A stretch of 64,000 nt of DNA, from contig CM052840.1 in assembly GCA_028534125.1 (NCBI GenBank), positions 29,264,001 through 29,328,000 on the forward strand. The letters run 5' to 3'. The translations under genes and the position numbers were made by a program. The notes under the pieces were generated by a model. It worked only from the letters and a program-made list of their open reading frames with translations, was not told the DNA's origin and did no database searches. This document shows positions 48,360 to 60,051 of the stretch, in pieces; the first letter of the stretch is position 1, and each line of letters starts with the position of its first letter. Source of the stretch: Lama glama (lineage: Eukaryota).

Positions 48360-48507
48360 GGGGGGTCGGGAAGAAGCTCGGTGCTTAGCGCACGAGGGGC
48401 TGGCTTCAAGCCCCAGGACCTCCATTAGAAAAATAAATAAACCTAATTACCTCCCCCAAAACAAAAACAACTAATAAAATTAAATTTAAAAAATAAAAAA
48501 TAAAATA
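48360..48507 (+). mobile_element. Second Vic-1-like tRNA-derived SINE (degenerate head)
   Basis: Shares cctccatta…aaataaataaacctaattacctcccccaaaacaaaaac with the 26038 copy. Confidence 0.82.
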
Positions 48508-48944
48508 GTTGGATAAAATAAGAATAACAGCCACTGATGGTCACAGGGCATTTTGGGGCAGTGAGACTCCTGTATGAGGCAGTCACGGTGGACACACGGC
48601 ACTAAATGTATGTATCACATATGTTTTAGAAATAAAATGAGAACACGGGCTAGCTAGAAAGCGGGGGCTGGCTCAGAGCCCTGAATGGCAGCTCCCCGCG
48701 GTGGGCACCCACGCCTCCTGGAGTGGGGGGTGGGCACCACAGCCCAGCAGACCCCAGGGCCGAGTGTGCAGCCCTCAGACCTGTGTGGCCCCCCCGCCCA
48801 TTCGCACCCCGGGAGACACGGGAAGCTGCAGCTTCCCCCAGGGCCCCGGGCAGCTGTCCCTCTGTCCCTGGCAGCTGGGATTAGAAGACTCAACCAGGCT
48901 GCCTGGATTTGACTCCCAGGAAGGAAGAGGCCTTGCGATGTAGA

Positions 48945-49239
48945 CCACTGCTTCTCAGGCTACAGTGTGGACTCTGATTCGGTAGGTCTGGGGTGGGACC
49001 CGAGAGTCTGCTTTTCTAGAAGCTTCCATGGAACGCACTGGTAGCAAGGGTTTAGAGCAGCAGTTCTCAAAGTGAGGCGGCAGCAGTAGCAGCAGAGTCA
49101 CCTGGGAACCTGCTGGAAACGCAGATTCCAGGCTCCACCCCAGACCTTCCAAGTCAGAAGCTCTGGATCTGGCCCAGCCATTTGCGTTCTAAGGAGCCTC
49201 CAGGTGGTTTTGATGCGCCGGAAAGCGTGGAACACGCTG
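48945..49239. mobile_element. MER5B fragment plus MER5A (49058-49239) hAT MITEs
   Basis: cagcagttctcaaagtg…cacctgggaacctgctggaaacgcagattccaggctccaccccagacc…aacacgctg. Confidence 0.75.
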
Positions 49240-51039
49240 ATGCAGAGGAAGGGGCACCAGCTCCGTGCTACCCTCTCTGACCGCAGTTTCCTTGTCCGTA
49301 AAAGAAAGGCTGTCTAGCCTGTGTTAGATCTGCAGGACGGTCTGGCCAGTTTATGGGGCCCGGGGATGTCTGTGTAGGTTGACTCTCCCGCCTCGTCCGT
49401 CCCAGGGCCCGGGCCCATTAGGTCAGGCAGCCCCCTTCACCTGCACGGGCCTGCTCACAGCCGGCTCCCTGCATCTCCTCCTTCCGGGCCCCCTCAGCTC
49501 CCTCAGTCTACAGGTCTGTCCTCCTCTCCCGGGGTGACCCCCCAGCCGACCCCTCCCCGAGACTTCTCCTGACCTGCCCGCATCCCTTTGATGAAGAGCG
49601 CTTTGTTCTAGGGCTTTGGGTTTTCCGGGGATCTGCTTTTCTACAAAGAGTCAGGAGAGAACGGATCAAGGCTTCAAGCCTCGAAGGATTTGGGTTTTAC
49701 AGGCACCATTGCGACAGCCTTCAGAGGGCAGAGCCCCACAGCTGCCGCCCAGACTTGCTCCCAGGCCAGGCTCTCTGGCTGGAAATCCCCTCCCACGCTC
49801 AGCCCTTTAATCACTTTCCAGCGCAGTGACTTTCCTGACTCAGCAGGGATCCCTTTCGTCTCGGGAGCACCCGCTGCCCCCTCTGCTGTGGCGGAGTCTG
49901 GGCTTGAAGGCGTTCGAGCCCAGCCTGGGTCTGGCGGAGGTTGGACTGTGGGCTTGGGGTTCAAGTTGGGGCCTGCAGAAGTGTCCCTTTTCCCACGTCA
50001 CCCCCGGCATCCAGGAGCCCCCGTTGTAGGGGCAAAGGGGCTGCCCTGGGACGACCCTCGACCCTCGTGCTCGGGGGACACTGGGTCGGGGGCCAGGCCA
50101 AACCCCGACACTGTAGCTGCTGCATCGTTTGTGGCTTCGTCCGCCTGTTACCAACAGTGATGTGTGCTGGGTGCAGGTGATGCCTGAATGCATCCTTGCC
50201 GTAAAAAGCTCAAGACCAGAAAGTGTCTGAATCACCCCGCCAGTCCCCCCAGCCCCACAGACGACACGCGCTTAGCCTGGCTTTGCTCGTACACACTCGC
50301 ACCTGGATGGCAGCAGCGCTCTCCTTGGTAATGCGAGGGGCTTGTCCGAATCCCCTTCCAGCTCTGACGGTCCCTGCATCGGTGGGGGCTCTTCCTTCCC
50401 TCCTAAGGGGCAGACACTCACAGGACATCACTAAAGTCACGCAGGGTGCAGGGTGCGTAGAGGGAAAGGGGTGGAGGGAGTGTCCCCGGTGGTTCCTTGT
50501 AGAGGGGGGACGGTGGGCGACAGCTTCTCCCTGCTTGCCTTTGACCTTCAAATGTTTCCCATGAGGGTTATGAATCTTCACATGTATTGTTTTGATAACT
50601 GAGATGTTCCGTACGTCTTGCTGTCAAGACCAGGCAGAGAAGGCTGTGAGTTGTCCAGCCTGGGACTGGGGTCAAGGAGAAATGAAGAGATGGCTCGCTG
50701 TGGAGGGGCTGATCCACAGGGAGACCTTCCCTGTCTGAGTGAGTCCTTCCAGTGTGAGTTAAGTGCTCTGTGAGCCAGGCCCCGGGCTGGGCACTCAGAC
50801 CGCCATGGTGAATAGTGGACCACAGTTCCCTTTCCATGGGGACTGCAGACAGGCGGAGGCGGAGTTCGCATACTCGGATGACTCCTTATTCCAAAAGAAG
50901 ATGCTCCCTCTTCCCAAGAGGATCCCACAGGTAAGCCTTCCTTCTCACCATCCTGACTTTGCAGAGACCTGGTCCCCCGGCCTGGCCGCAGCTTCCCGAA
51001 AGAGACGTCCCGGTGTCAGGCTGGTGCTGGTGTGTGCAG

Positions 51040-51400
51040 CAGTCAGGCTGGGCCAGGTTGTGCTGCACCGACAGACGCCCTCAACCCAAAGGGTCAGCTC
51101 AGTAAAGGCTCCCTGCTCCCAACTCACACCCTACACAGGCATCAGAGGAGATTCTGCTCACTGTGGTCCAGACGGATCAAGGCTGACAGCGACCCCATCG
51201 TGACACACTCCTCCAGCCTCTCTGTGACGGGAAGAAGGATGTGGTGACTCACACAGTGGCTCCTAAGTTCTGCCCCCAAATGACACAAGTCATTCTCGTC
51301 TCAATGTAGAGGCTAGAACAAGCCACGTGGCCATGTGTGGCCATTTGAAGCCACGTGGACTTCAAATAGGTAGAGCAAAGCAGGGCTACCTCGTGCCTGG
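51040..51400 (-). mobile_element. Old MLT1 (K/L-type) LTR fragment
   Basis: tcaggctgggccaggttgtgctgca…atcaaggctgacagcgacc…gctagaacaagccacgtggcc. Confidence 0.5.
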
Positions 51401-51759
51401 ACGACAGGGCAGATCTGTGATCCAGCCTAAGGGGTCAGACAGCACAGCCACAAGGGATGGGCAGGTGGGTGTCCCCAGGAGGCAGGCCATGAAGCAGGGG
51501 GCCAGGGACTTCCCTCAGTCCCTCAGTGGAGAGAAGCACCCCAGGTGGCCAGGACCGAGCCTTTGAACCCTCTGGAGGAGTCAGGCTGAGGTCACGGAGT
51601 GGAAGTGTGGGAGGCCCAGGGCCGGGGCTTGTCTGGGCACAGAAAGTGCCCACTAAGCGCCTTATTCACCATAACCTGCTTCCGGAATTTTCATGGCCTT
51701 TGGGGCGAGTCTTCCTAAGCCCATAAAGGCAGGACATCAGAGCCCTGCAGCTCCCCTGA

Positions 51760-51925
51760 GCCTGGCTGTACCAGTGTGGTCCCCAGGTCAGTGGCAGCAG
51801 CGCCACCGCCCCTGGGAGCCCCAGGGAGGGGCCGAGTCTCAGGCCCCACCCAAACCCAGAACTAGAATCTGCATCTTCACACGATCCCCAGGTGACTCTC
51901 AAGCCTGGGAAGCACCACGCTGGAA
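51760..51925. mobile_element. MER5A-type MITE
   Basis: tctcaggccccacccaaacccagaactagaatctgcatcttcacacgatccccaggtgactc. Confidence 0.65.
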
Positions 51926-52889
51926 GTAATTTAGGCCAACGTCTTTATTTCGCACGCCACCGGGTTGACACCCGGAGGGGAGGAGGCGGGCCCAAAGTCA
52001 CACAGCTGGGTCCATCCTTGGCTCCACCACTGGCCAGTGAATAAGTCACTTAAAGATTCACTGCATCTTGGTTTCCTCTTCTGTGACAAAGGGGTAACAC
52101 AGCCACTTCCCAGTGCTGGCGGAGGGGCCAGCTCAGACACACCCAGGCGGGTGCCCGGGCGCAGGATGTGCTCAGGGAGGGCGAGCTGCTGTTACCGCCC
52201 AGCCCCACACCTCGCACCTCCTGGCCCACGGCAATTTCTTCTCAAGAAGAGTCAGGGAGGCGGCGCAGGGAGCAGGGCCCGGACCCGATGCCTGTCTCTG
52301 TCCTGCTCTGCCGTCCGACCTTGAGCCAGTTTCTAAGCCATTCTTTGGTTCGTGGCTCCAGCTTGACCATTTGCAAGTGGCTGTAATGACAGCACCGGCC
52401 TCGTAGGGCCCCGGTAAGGACTGAATGAGTTGGTGCATTTAGGGTCTTCACCGAGGCTGCGTCGTTGAGCACATGCGCAAGACAATGAACAAAAGCCCCC
52501 AAGTGTCCGAAACCGGGAGGGAGCAGGGGCGGGCGCTGGGCGCCCAAGGAGGGGCCTTCCTCCGGGGGGCTGCTTCTCTGCCCCGGCCAGCCCCTTCCTG
52601 ACGATGAAATGGCCTCGCTGGGCCCCCTCATGCCCTGGTCAGGGACCACTGGAAGGCAGGAGGTTTGTCCCCGAGAGGGCAGACTGGGGCCCGCGTCCCT
52701 GAAGGACTGTCAGCCGGGGCGACCTGAGCGGGGTGGCTCCAGGGGACAGAAACAGAAGTTCCAGGAAGCCCTCTCTGGTCATCAGAACTGCTCAGAGGCG
52801 GCCCCAGCTGCCGAGTGGGGCACAGAGCTCACGGCTGGCAGGCAGGGTGGAGGTGGGTGCTGGCCCAGGGGCTGGACGATCCTGGATCC

Positions 52890-53035
52890 TCCAGCCTCGC
52901 TGACCCTGTGCATCAGAATCACCTGAGGGCCTTTTCAAATGCAGATTCCCAGGCCCTCCCAGGAAGATGAGTCAGACTCTCCGGGGTGGGGTGGGGAAAT
53001 CTGATTTAAAGCCTCCCACTGTGGTTCTCATGGTG
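52890..53035. mobile_element. MER5-type MITE
   Basis: tgcatcagaatcacctgagggccttttcaaatgcagattcccaggccc. Confidence 0.65.
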
Positions 53036-53489
53036 GGAGTGGGGTCAGAGGCACTGCGGGGGGCGGGGGGCAGGGTGGGAATCACCCAGTAGCTGATCCC
53101 TGACCGGTGTTGGCCAGGCCACGCACCACCACCTCGCCCAACCCAGGTCTGGGCACGTGGCCCCGCTCAGTCTCTGCCCCAGCCGGAGGAGATCTGTGCC
53201 CTTATTCAGGGTGCCCTGATTGGGGGTGGGTGGGTGGAGGAGGGAAGTCCCTGGGCTGGGCCTGCCTCCCTTCGGTGGAGGGGATGCTGCCCCTTCAGAA
53301 TCAAACCCCAAGAGCCCACGGCAGGCCCCTCCCGGAACCCAGCATCGCCCAAAAATGTGTCTCCTGAGGGGCCCCAGATGCCTCACTCAGCGATCACAGA
53401 CAACACGGGAAGAAATCCCGGAACGGACGCAAAGACCCTCGTCCCCTCTTCCGCTGGGTCCTTGGGCTTGGCAGACTGCAGGGCCCTAC

Positions 53490-54018
53490 TGAGACGGGAA
53501 GGAGGGGGCCAGGGCACAACCATTAAAGGAGCCACACAGCCCTTTAGGCCAGGACAGAAACTGGCTAGAACCCGACCTGGCCCAGGAAGGAGGGCCAGCT
53601 GACCCCAGGAGAGCTCGAGCCTCATGGCTGGCTCCTTGTCGTGCGCGTCAGCTGCTAAATGACCCCCCGCAGACGCCATTTCGGTCAGGGCTGGCCGTGA
53701 AAGCGGCCCAGTCCTGGGAATCCCCGCCCCTTCCCCAGAGCAGCTGGAACAATCCTCCCGCTTGTTAGCACATGAGGTTACCGAGCCCACAGACGCTGCC
53801 TCCGCACCTGTGCTCGCCCTCTCCGGCCTCTGAGACGCCCGCACTCCACCTGTGGAGGGTGCATCTCTCTGAATAAATCTGCCCTCACTCAACTGTCGCT
53901 CACCCTTGGCTTCTTCCCTGTGTGAAGCCAGGGGCCCTCACCGGATGGGGTGATTCCCAGAGACTCACCCGGAATCTGGGATGCGGCCATTGTCTTGTGC
54001 CCAGTTTTTCTTGCATCA
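53490..54018 (+). mobile_element. Solo ERV1-type LTR, copy B (529 bp, TG…CA, TSD CTAC, intact AATAAA at 53872-53877)
   Basis: Starts TGAGACGGGAAGGAGGGG and ends …GCATCA; flanked by CTAC at 53486-53489 and 54019-54022; homologous to 30575-31124. Confidence 0.88.
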
Positions 54019-54216
54019 CTACCAGCATGCAAATCCTGCAAAGAGAAGCTGTCACCTGGGGTCAGAGCTGAGAGCCTGTGCACAGGAGGTAGTGTGCCGG
54101 GGACCCCGGGGGGGGAAGGGGGAGGGGCACCCTCCTCTTCACTGACCCGAGTTTGCCACACACGGTACAGTGCCTCCCTGCGGCACCCCCAGGCACCACC
54201 TCCTCCGGGGCCCCCA

Positions 54217-54759
54217 CGTTACCCAGGGCTTGTGCGCGTACGGCACAGAAAGCCAAACTCGGACAGCCAGTGTTTGCAGCAAAGTAAGGGATTATTTGCA
54301 GGTGCCAAGTGAGGAGAACTCACTCTCGTTCGAAGGGTGATGGCTCTCGGGCAAGGGTTTTAAAGGCGGTGTAAGGGAGGGGGCTGGGATGACCGATCTG
54401 CTCCGGATCTTCTGGTTGGTTGGTGGGGAGGTAACCCAGCGATACTTCAGGGATCCAAATCATCAACCTTTTGGTTCCAACCAGTCTGGGGCCTACATGC
54501 TGGGGGTCAGCATGTAGCCGCCATCCTCCAGCGGGCGGGGGTCTTAAATTCTGCAGAACGACTCAGATGTATGCATCAGATTGTAATCTGCACCCCTCAG
54601 GAGGAGCTCGGAGCCCTGTGATCTTGTCCTAGCCATTAATTGCTTGAGTCTGCTCTTGGGAACTCCTAGGGGAGGAAAGATTTTTCTGCAAAAGAGAAAC
54701 AGGGGACCCGGAGGGGCTTTGGGACCCAGGAAGGTCCTGCAGAGTCCTGCTTAGTTTCA
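54217..54759 (-). mobile_element. ERV1-type LTR of a different family
   Basis: Minus strand begins TGAAACTAAGCAGGAC after a purine tract and carries CCAACCAA and TTTAAAA boxes; no matching TSD seen. Confidence 0.6.
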
Positions 54760-55566
54760 GTCCCCGCTTGCAGGGCGAGAAAGTGAATAACGTTTTGGAT
54801 GGGAGGTTAATCGTGAACTCGGTAGGGGACTCAGTTTTAGGGGGACTCGGTGTCACTCACTGGAGGCCAGCCTCCCCCCACCTGCTGCCGCTGCACCCTG
54901 CCCTGCCCTGCCCTGCCCTTAGGGTGCTTCCCAGCTGGCCCACCGCCTTTGAGCAGTTTCACTGTTCCACTCCCAGGAGGTGTGTCCGGCCCCCTCAGCA
55001 CTGCGTCTGCTCTGCAGGACGGGCGGCCCTCGAGCTTGACGGCCAGTCAAGGAGACTGGGCAACGGCCTTGTGCTGGGGCGCCAGAGACCCGCAAGCTAC
55101 CAGCAGAGGGCAGCCTGTCCCCAGCTTTGGGGACCAGACACCACATCCAGGCCACTCCTGTGCGCCCTCCCAGAGCAGTCAGCGAACCAAGAATCTGACT
55201 GTTTATGGAACCGTCCATCCATCCCTCCAGCCAGCCCTTTGATGCACAGACCCTTCTGGGAGAACGTCTGGTGGCCACACCCTGGGCTGGATGTAGAGAA
55301 GTTATCAAGAGGATGGAGCCCTTGTCCCCGCCGGGAACTCACAGCCCCAGACGTCACCTTGCACTCACCCACTGCCCTACAGTGCCCACTGGTCTTACAC
55401 CAACCTTACGAGCTTACGTGTTTAGGGCCCATTCCCAGAGTCACGGGGGGGTCCACCAACGTCACTGTCGGTCTGGCCGTGTGGATGTTATGCAGACTTG
55501 CTATTGTTAAAGCATCTGCTTACTGCCACTCTGTAAAGAAGCCCAGCCCCAAACATGGGACAGGCG

Positions 55567-55638
55567 GCCCTCAGGTGAAGGACATTGCGAGCCCTCAGGT
55601 GAGTCTGGCCCATTGCGAGCCCTCAGGTGAGTCTGGCC
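55567..55638. repeat. 28-bp perfect tandem duplication (CATTGCGAGCCCTCAGGTGAGTCTGGCC)2 plus a partial copy
   Basis: Copies at 55583-55610 and 55611-55638; partial at 55567-55578. Confidence 0.93.
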
Positions 55639-55650
55639 GCTGAGGCGGCC

Positions 55651-57390
55651 TGCCAGGGGCTAAATGTTTGTGTCTCCCCAGAATTCATCCATTGAAATGC
55701 CAGCCCCCAAGGTGACAGTGTATGGAAGCCGGGCCTTTTGGAGGGGATAGGGCCTTTAGGGAAGAGCCTATGTGAATGGGACCAGTGGCCCCATAAAAGA
55801 AGCCAGAGAGCTCCCTCACCCCTTGTGAGGTACACGTGTGGGGACCCAGCGGAAAGACGGCCACGTACGAACCAGGAGGCAGGCTCCCCAGACCCTGAAC
55901 CTGCCAGCACCTTGATCTTGGACTTCCTGCCTCCGGGGCTGTGACTACAGAGCTCTGTTGTCTATAAGCCGCTCAACTTACAGTTCTGTCACAGCAGCCG
56001 GAACTGATCAAGACAGAAACTGGTGCCGGGAAGTGGGTACCGCTCTGACAAACACCTGAAATGTGGAAGTGGCTTTGGAACCGGGCGGTGGGAGAGGCTG
56101 GAGCGCTGAAACGTCTGCTAGAAACAAGCCTCTGTTGCTGTGGACAGACCTTTACAGGAGGTTCTGGTGGGAGGTCGGAAGGAAGAGAGCGTCAGGGAGG
56201 ACGCCTGGGTTGTCCCGGGGAGCAAGGAGAGTCGTTCTGAGCAGAACGTTCTAGAAACACGACAACGGCCACTCTGATGACAGAAATGAGCAGCACATTG
56301 TTGGAAACAGACCAGGGACCCTTGTTACAAGGGGCAGAGGGCGGGGCTCAAGCACGTCCCGGCTCCGGTGTTCGTGGAAGGCAGGCCTCGGGAGCCGTGG
56401 CGTTTGGCTGAGGGCCCCTCTGAGCACAGCGTGGAAGGAGCAGCTTGGCTCCTCCTGCTACAGACAGAAGCAGAACTTGGAGACGTGGGAAGTTCTCCGC
56501 CTGCCCACACGCAGGAAGGCGTTCGGCTGCGGCAAGCGATAAGGCGATAAGACTCGTACAGCTCAGCCCCTCGAGGACGCCCCAGGCTGTTCCGCCAGAC
56601 GGTGGAGGGAGGGAGGGCCCCGAGGGGGACTCGGAGAGGAGGGCTGCCCCCCATCACAGCACCACAGGCCGCGTGAGGGCTGCTCCACCCAGGGCTCAGA
56701 TGAGGGGTGTCCAGGGGCCGTCACCAAGGTGGGACGCAGCTGGGGAGCCGGCAGCTGGGCCATGGGGTGACGAGGCCACCGCGGTGCACCCGGAAAGCAG
56801 AGGACTCTGCTCCCGCTCTCCTGTCTAATGGAATTTGCCCCGTTCGGCCTTGGGCTTGCTCGGGACGGTCGCTCCTTTCTTCTCTGCTGCTTCCCCCTCT
56901 CAGACAGGAATGTCCCACGTTTGTATTTTGGAAGGACAGAACACATTTTTTCAGTCATGGCTGAGGAGCATCAGACGGGTCTCTCCACGTCCAACCCAGG
57001 TGACACCTCAGGAGACTTTAAAGTCAATGCTGGAAGGAGAGTTCAGACTCTGGGGCTGTTGGGATGGAGTGAATGAATCCTGCATGTGCAAAGGACATCA
57101 ATTTTGGGGGACAGAATGCTGCTGAATCTTTGTGTCCCCCTCAAATTCATGTGTTGAAACCTAACCCCCAGTGTGATGGTGTCAGGAGGTGGGGCCCCTG
57201 GGAGGTGGTTAGGCCTTGAGGGTGGAGCCCTCACGGATGGGCTGGTGCCCCTGGACGTGCTCCCCCCGCATGAGGACACAGCGAGAAGAGGGCATCTGTG
57301 AGCCAGGCGGCAGGCCCAACCAGACGCCACCTGCCGGCACCTTGACCTTGGGCCCCAGCCTGCAGACTGTGAGAAATAGTTTCCCGTCCA
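55651..57390 (+). mobile_element. MaLR element MLT1A/A0: 5'LTR (55651-56015), internal region (56016-57116), truncated 3'LTR (57117-~57390)
   Basis: Two homologous LTRs (aatgtttgtgtctccccagaattcat vs aatctttgtgtccccctcaaattcat; cctgccagcaccttgatcttgg vs cctgccggcaccttgaccttgg); MaLR-int start (gaaatgtggaagtggctttggaac) and PPT-like ttttgggggacagaa. Confidence 0.85.
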
Positions 57391-57770
57391 CTCCACTCCA
57401 GGGCTCCTGGGCAGAAGTGAGCCTCCTGGGTTTGACGTGGAAGTTCCTCTTCCCTCTGACCCTGGGACTCTCCAAGCTGGGCAAAGCTCCGAGCACAGTT
57501 CTGGGGACTTGCAGAGCCCCTCACTCCAAGCCCACGTGGTTCCCACCTGCGGCCTGGGAGTGGGGCCCCGGGGGGCCGGGCAGCAGATCTGGGTTGGCTG
57601 GGTCTCTCCGGGCAGCAGTCCAGCCAGAACTGTGACCAGAGGAGGCCTCCACTTGCTTTCCAGCAGACCTCCTGCTAACGTGCTTGCTCCAGCCAGTCCC
57701 CTCCCAGCTCCAGGAGGGTCGCGGTGCCCCCACAGAGCAGAACGGGGCACCAGGGCTCTGTTCTAATGGC

Positions 57771-57776
57771 TTTATT
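57771..57776 (-). terminator. CSRP1: CSRP1 polyadenylation signal AATAAA
   Basis: tttatt on +, about 950 nt downstream of the CSRP1 stop codon. Confidence 0.8.
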
Positions 57777-58727
57777 GACTCAGTGAGGAATCAGCTTGCG
57801 TCGTCTGCCCTCTAGAACCCCCAGTCCAAGCAGCAGCCCCACACAGTGTGATCCCAGCCCTGGGGACAGTGGAGCCTGGCCCCTCCCTGTCTCTAGCTGC
57901 TCCTGACCTGGGGGTGGGGTAGGGATGGGGCGGTGTGGCCAGAGGGGACCTAGAGGAGGGTGGGTGGCAGGCAGGGCCCTGGGCAGGCAGGGGGAAGGGG
58001 TGTCCAGGTGAAGACAGGCTGCATGTGTCTCCCCCCACATCTGAGCGTCAAGCCAGCGTGTCAAGGACTGAGCGCTGCCCCACAGCCTCAGAACCCAGGG
58101 GTTACACGCCCTCAGATCTAGGCTCCTGAATGGGCGGCATGTATATCATTAGGGCCTCCATCAAACAGGGAGTGCGATGCCCGGGGAGGCAGGACCACAT
58201 CCTTACCTCGGGCTCTCAGACCCGGGTTGTTCCCCTGCCCGAGAGTGGGGATATGGGTTCCCCAGTCTCAAAGGCAAGAGGCCAAGCGGGGCAGGTGGTC
58301 CCTGCAGTTGGTGTCCGTCTGCGTGTCCCCCAGTGACTCCCGAGCTGGGACTCCCTAGGCCTGCTCTGAGGGAACCAAGACGTCCCCGTCTCCCCACCAT
58401 GGGCACAGCCCTCCCCGGTCTTGCTCCCCTCCCACGGTGTCTGCTCCACTGATGATGGATACTCGGACTAAAAGACAGGACAGGGGTCTGCGGGGCGGGG
58501 CAGGGGTGCCCAGAGACCAAAGCCCTGAGGCCACCTGCTGGTCCAGGGGGAGCTCCTTGCAGGGCGGGGCCTCCAGCAGACCCCAAACCAAAGGGAGCCA
58601 GACGCCGAAGTTCAAGTCCTTGGTGACATGTGCAGCACTGAAGGGAGGAAGAATCCTGGAGGTGGCGGGGCTGCCGGGAAGGGGGCTGTGGTGAGAAGTG
58701 CAGGCCGGGGCAGCGCAGCGGGCGGGC

Positions 58728-58804
58728 TCACTCGGAGTGGACCAGGGCCCCGGCCCCCTGCCCGAAGCCAAAGCCCTTGGGCCCGAAGTTTTTGGCATAG
58801 CATC
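58728..58804 (-). CDS. CSRP1: CSRP1 last exon, coding part ([25 protein letters not shown])
   Basis: 77 nt; acceptor tctcctccttctgcag; TGA at 58728-58730. Confidence 0.97.
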
Positions 58805-59298
58805 CTGCAGAAGGAGGAGAGGGGTGAGCATGCCCCCAGCAGCCCACAGAGAATGGGGGTGAGAACACGCCCCAGGCACACCTCCGGGCCCCCCCAACTG
58901 TAGCTACCCCCGCCCACACACAGCGCCTGGCCAGGCCTCTGGAGCAGCAAGTCCAGCAGCAGTACCCCCGGCACTCCCGACAGGGACGGGGTTGCTGGCT
59001 CCGCAGCGTAGCCCTTCCCTGCTTCTGGAATCCTAGGAGGATCAAGCCCCCCCGTCAGAGCTCTGGACTGGGAGCTGGGAGCCCTGTCCCGGCCCCTCCC
59101 CGCCCCGACCTGCCTGTGACCCTGGCCAAGTCCCCTCTCCCTCAGGCTGCCTCCTCATCTGTAACGTGAAAGCGTCTCACTGGACAGTCCCACTGGGTGC
59201 TCCGGGACGGACCCCCAGGGCCAGGAACTGGTTTACCTTAGCCAGGGCACAGCTGCCCGGCCCCACCCCTCGGGCCTCCCGGTGGGGGAACCACCCAC

Positions 59299-59392
59299 CT
59301 TTGCAGTAGATGTCGCCGTCCTTGTCGGCCAGGGTGGTGGACTCCAGGCCTTTGCCGCACTTGGCGCACCGGAAGCAGGACTTGTGCCAGGA
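59299..59392 (-). CDS. CSRP1: CSRP1 exon 5 (SWHKSCFRCAKCGKGLESTTLADKDGDIYCK), LIM2
   Basis: 94 nt with canonical splice sites. Confidence 0.97.
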
Positions 59393-60041
59393 CTGGGCAG
59401 GGAAGGAGACCGTTAGTGCTGCCGCCCCCAGCCCCATCCCCCGAAGTCTGCCCAGCGGAGGCTGCTGGGAGGACGGGGCCCAGGGGCCGCACAGCGGAGG
59501 AGCAGCCCAGCGCCACCTTGCAGCTGGTACCACCCTGGAGGAAGTGCTGGGCGGGAAAGCCAGCAGCTGTGCTACCAAGGGCAGGTGCAGGGACCACCGC
59601 CAAGGCAGCTGTCAACCCAGTCGGGGCCAGTCCAGCCTCACCTCGACCATCCTGCCCGGGGCTGCCGGTGTGGGCGCGGCCCTCAGACCCATCCTGGCAC
59701 CGCCACTCCCTGTGCCCCGCTCCACACTTCCTCCCTGGGAGACCGCTGCCTCCATCGCAGCCCAGTGTGAGAGCCAGAGAGTAGTGGGATGTGCCTGGCA
59801 GGGGCCTGGCACAGAGGAGGCCCTGTCGGCGGCACCCAGCACCACGGCGGAAGGAGAAAGGGCCCACGAGATGCGCTGAAGCCACAGAAGCCCCTCGTGG
59901 TCCCGCAAAGACCAGGAGAAGCCGCCGGGTCTGCACGTGACGAGGGCCAGCTCCCCCAGCCGGCTGAGCGGCCGGCGAGCAGACAGCTCTGCCAGACCAG
60001 GAGAGGGAGAGGCTGACAGCAGCAGACAGGACACAACAAGG

Positions 60042-60051
60042 CCTTTTAAGG
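60042..60051. promoter_or_regulatory. CSRP1: Consensus CArG box CCTTTTAAGG in a CSRP1 intron
   Basis: Exact CC(A/T)6GG; CSRP1 is a known SRF target with an intronic CArG enhancer. Confidence 0.55.
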
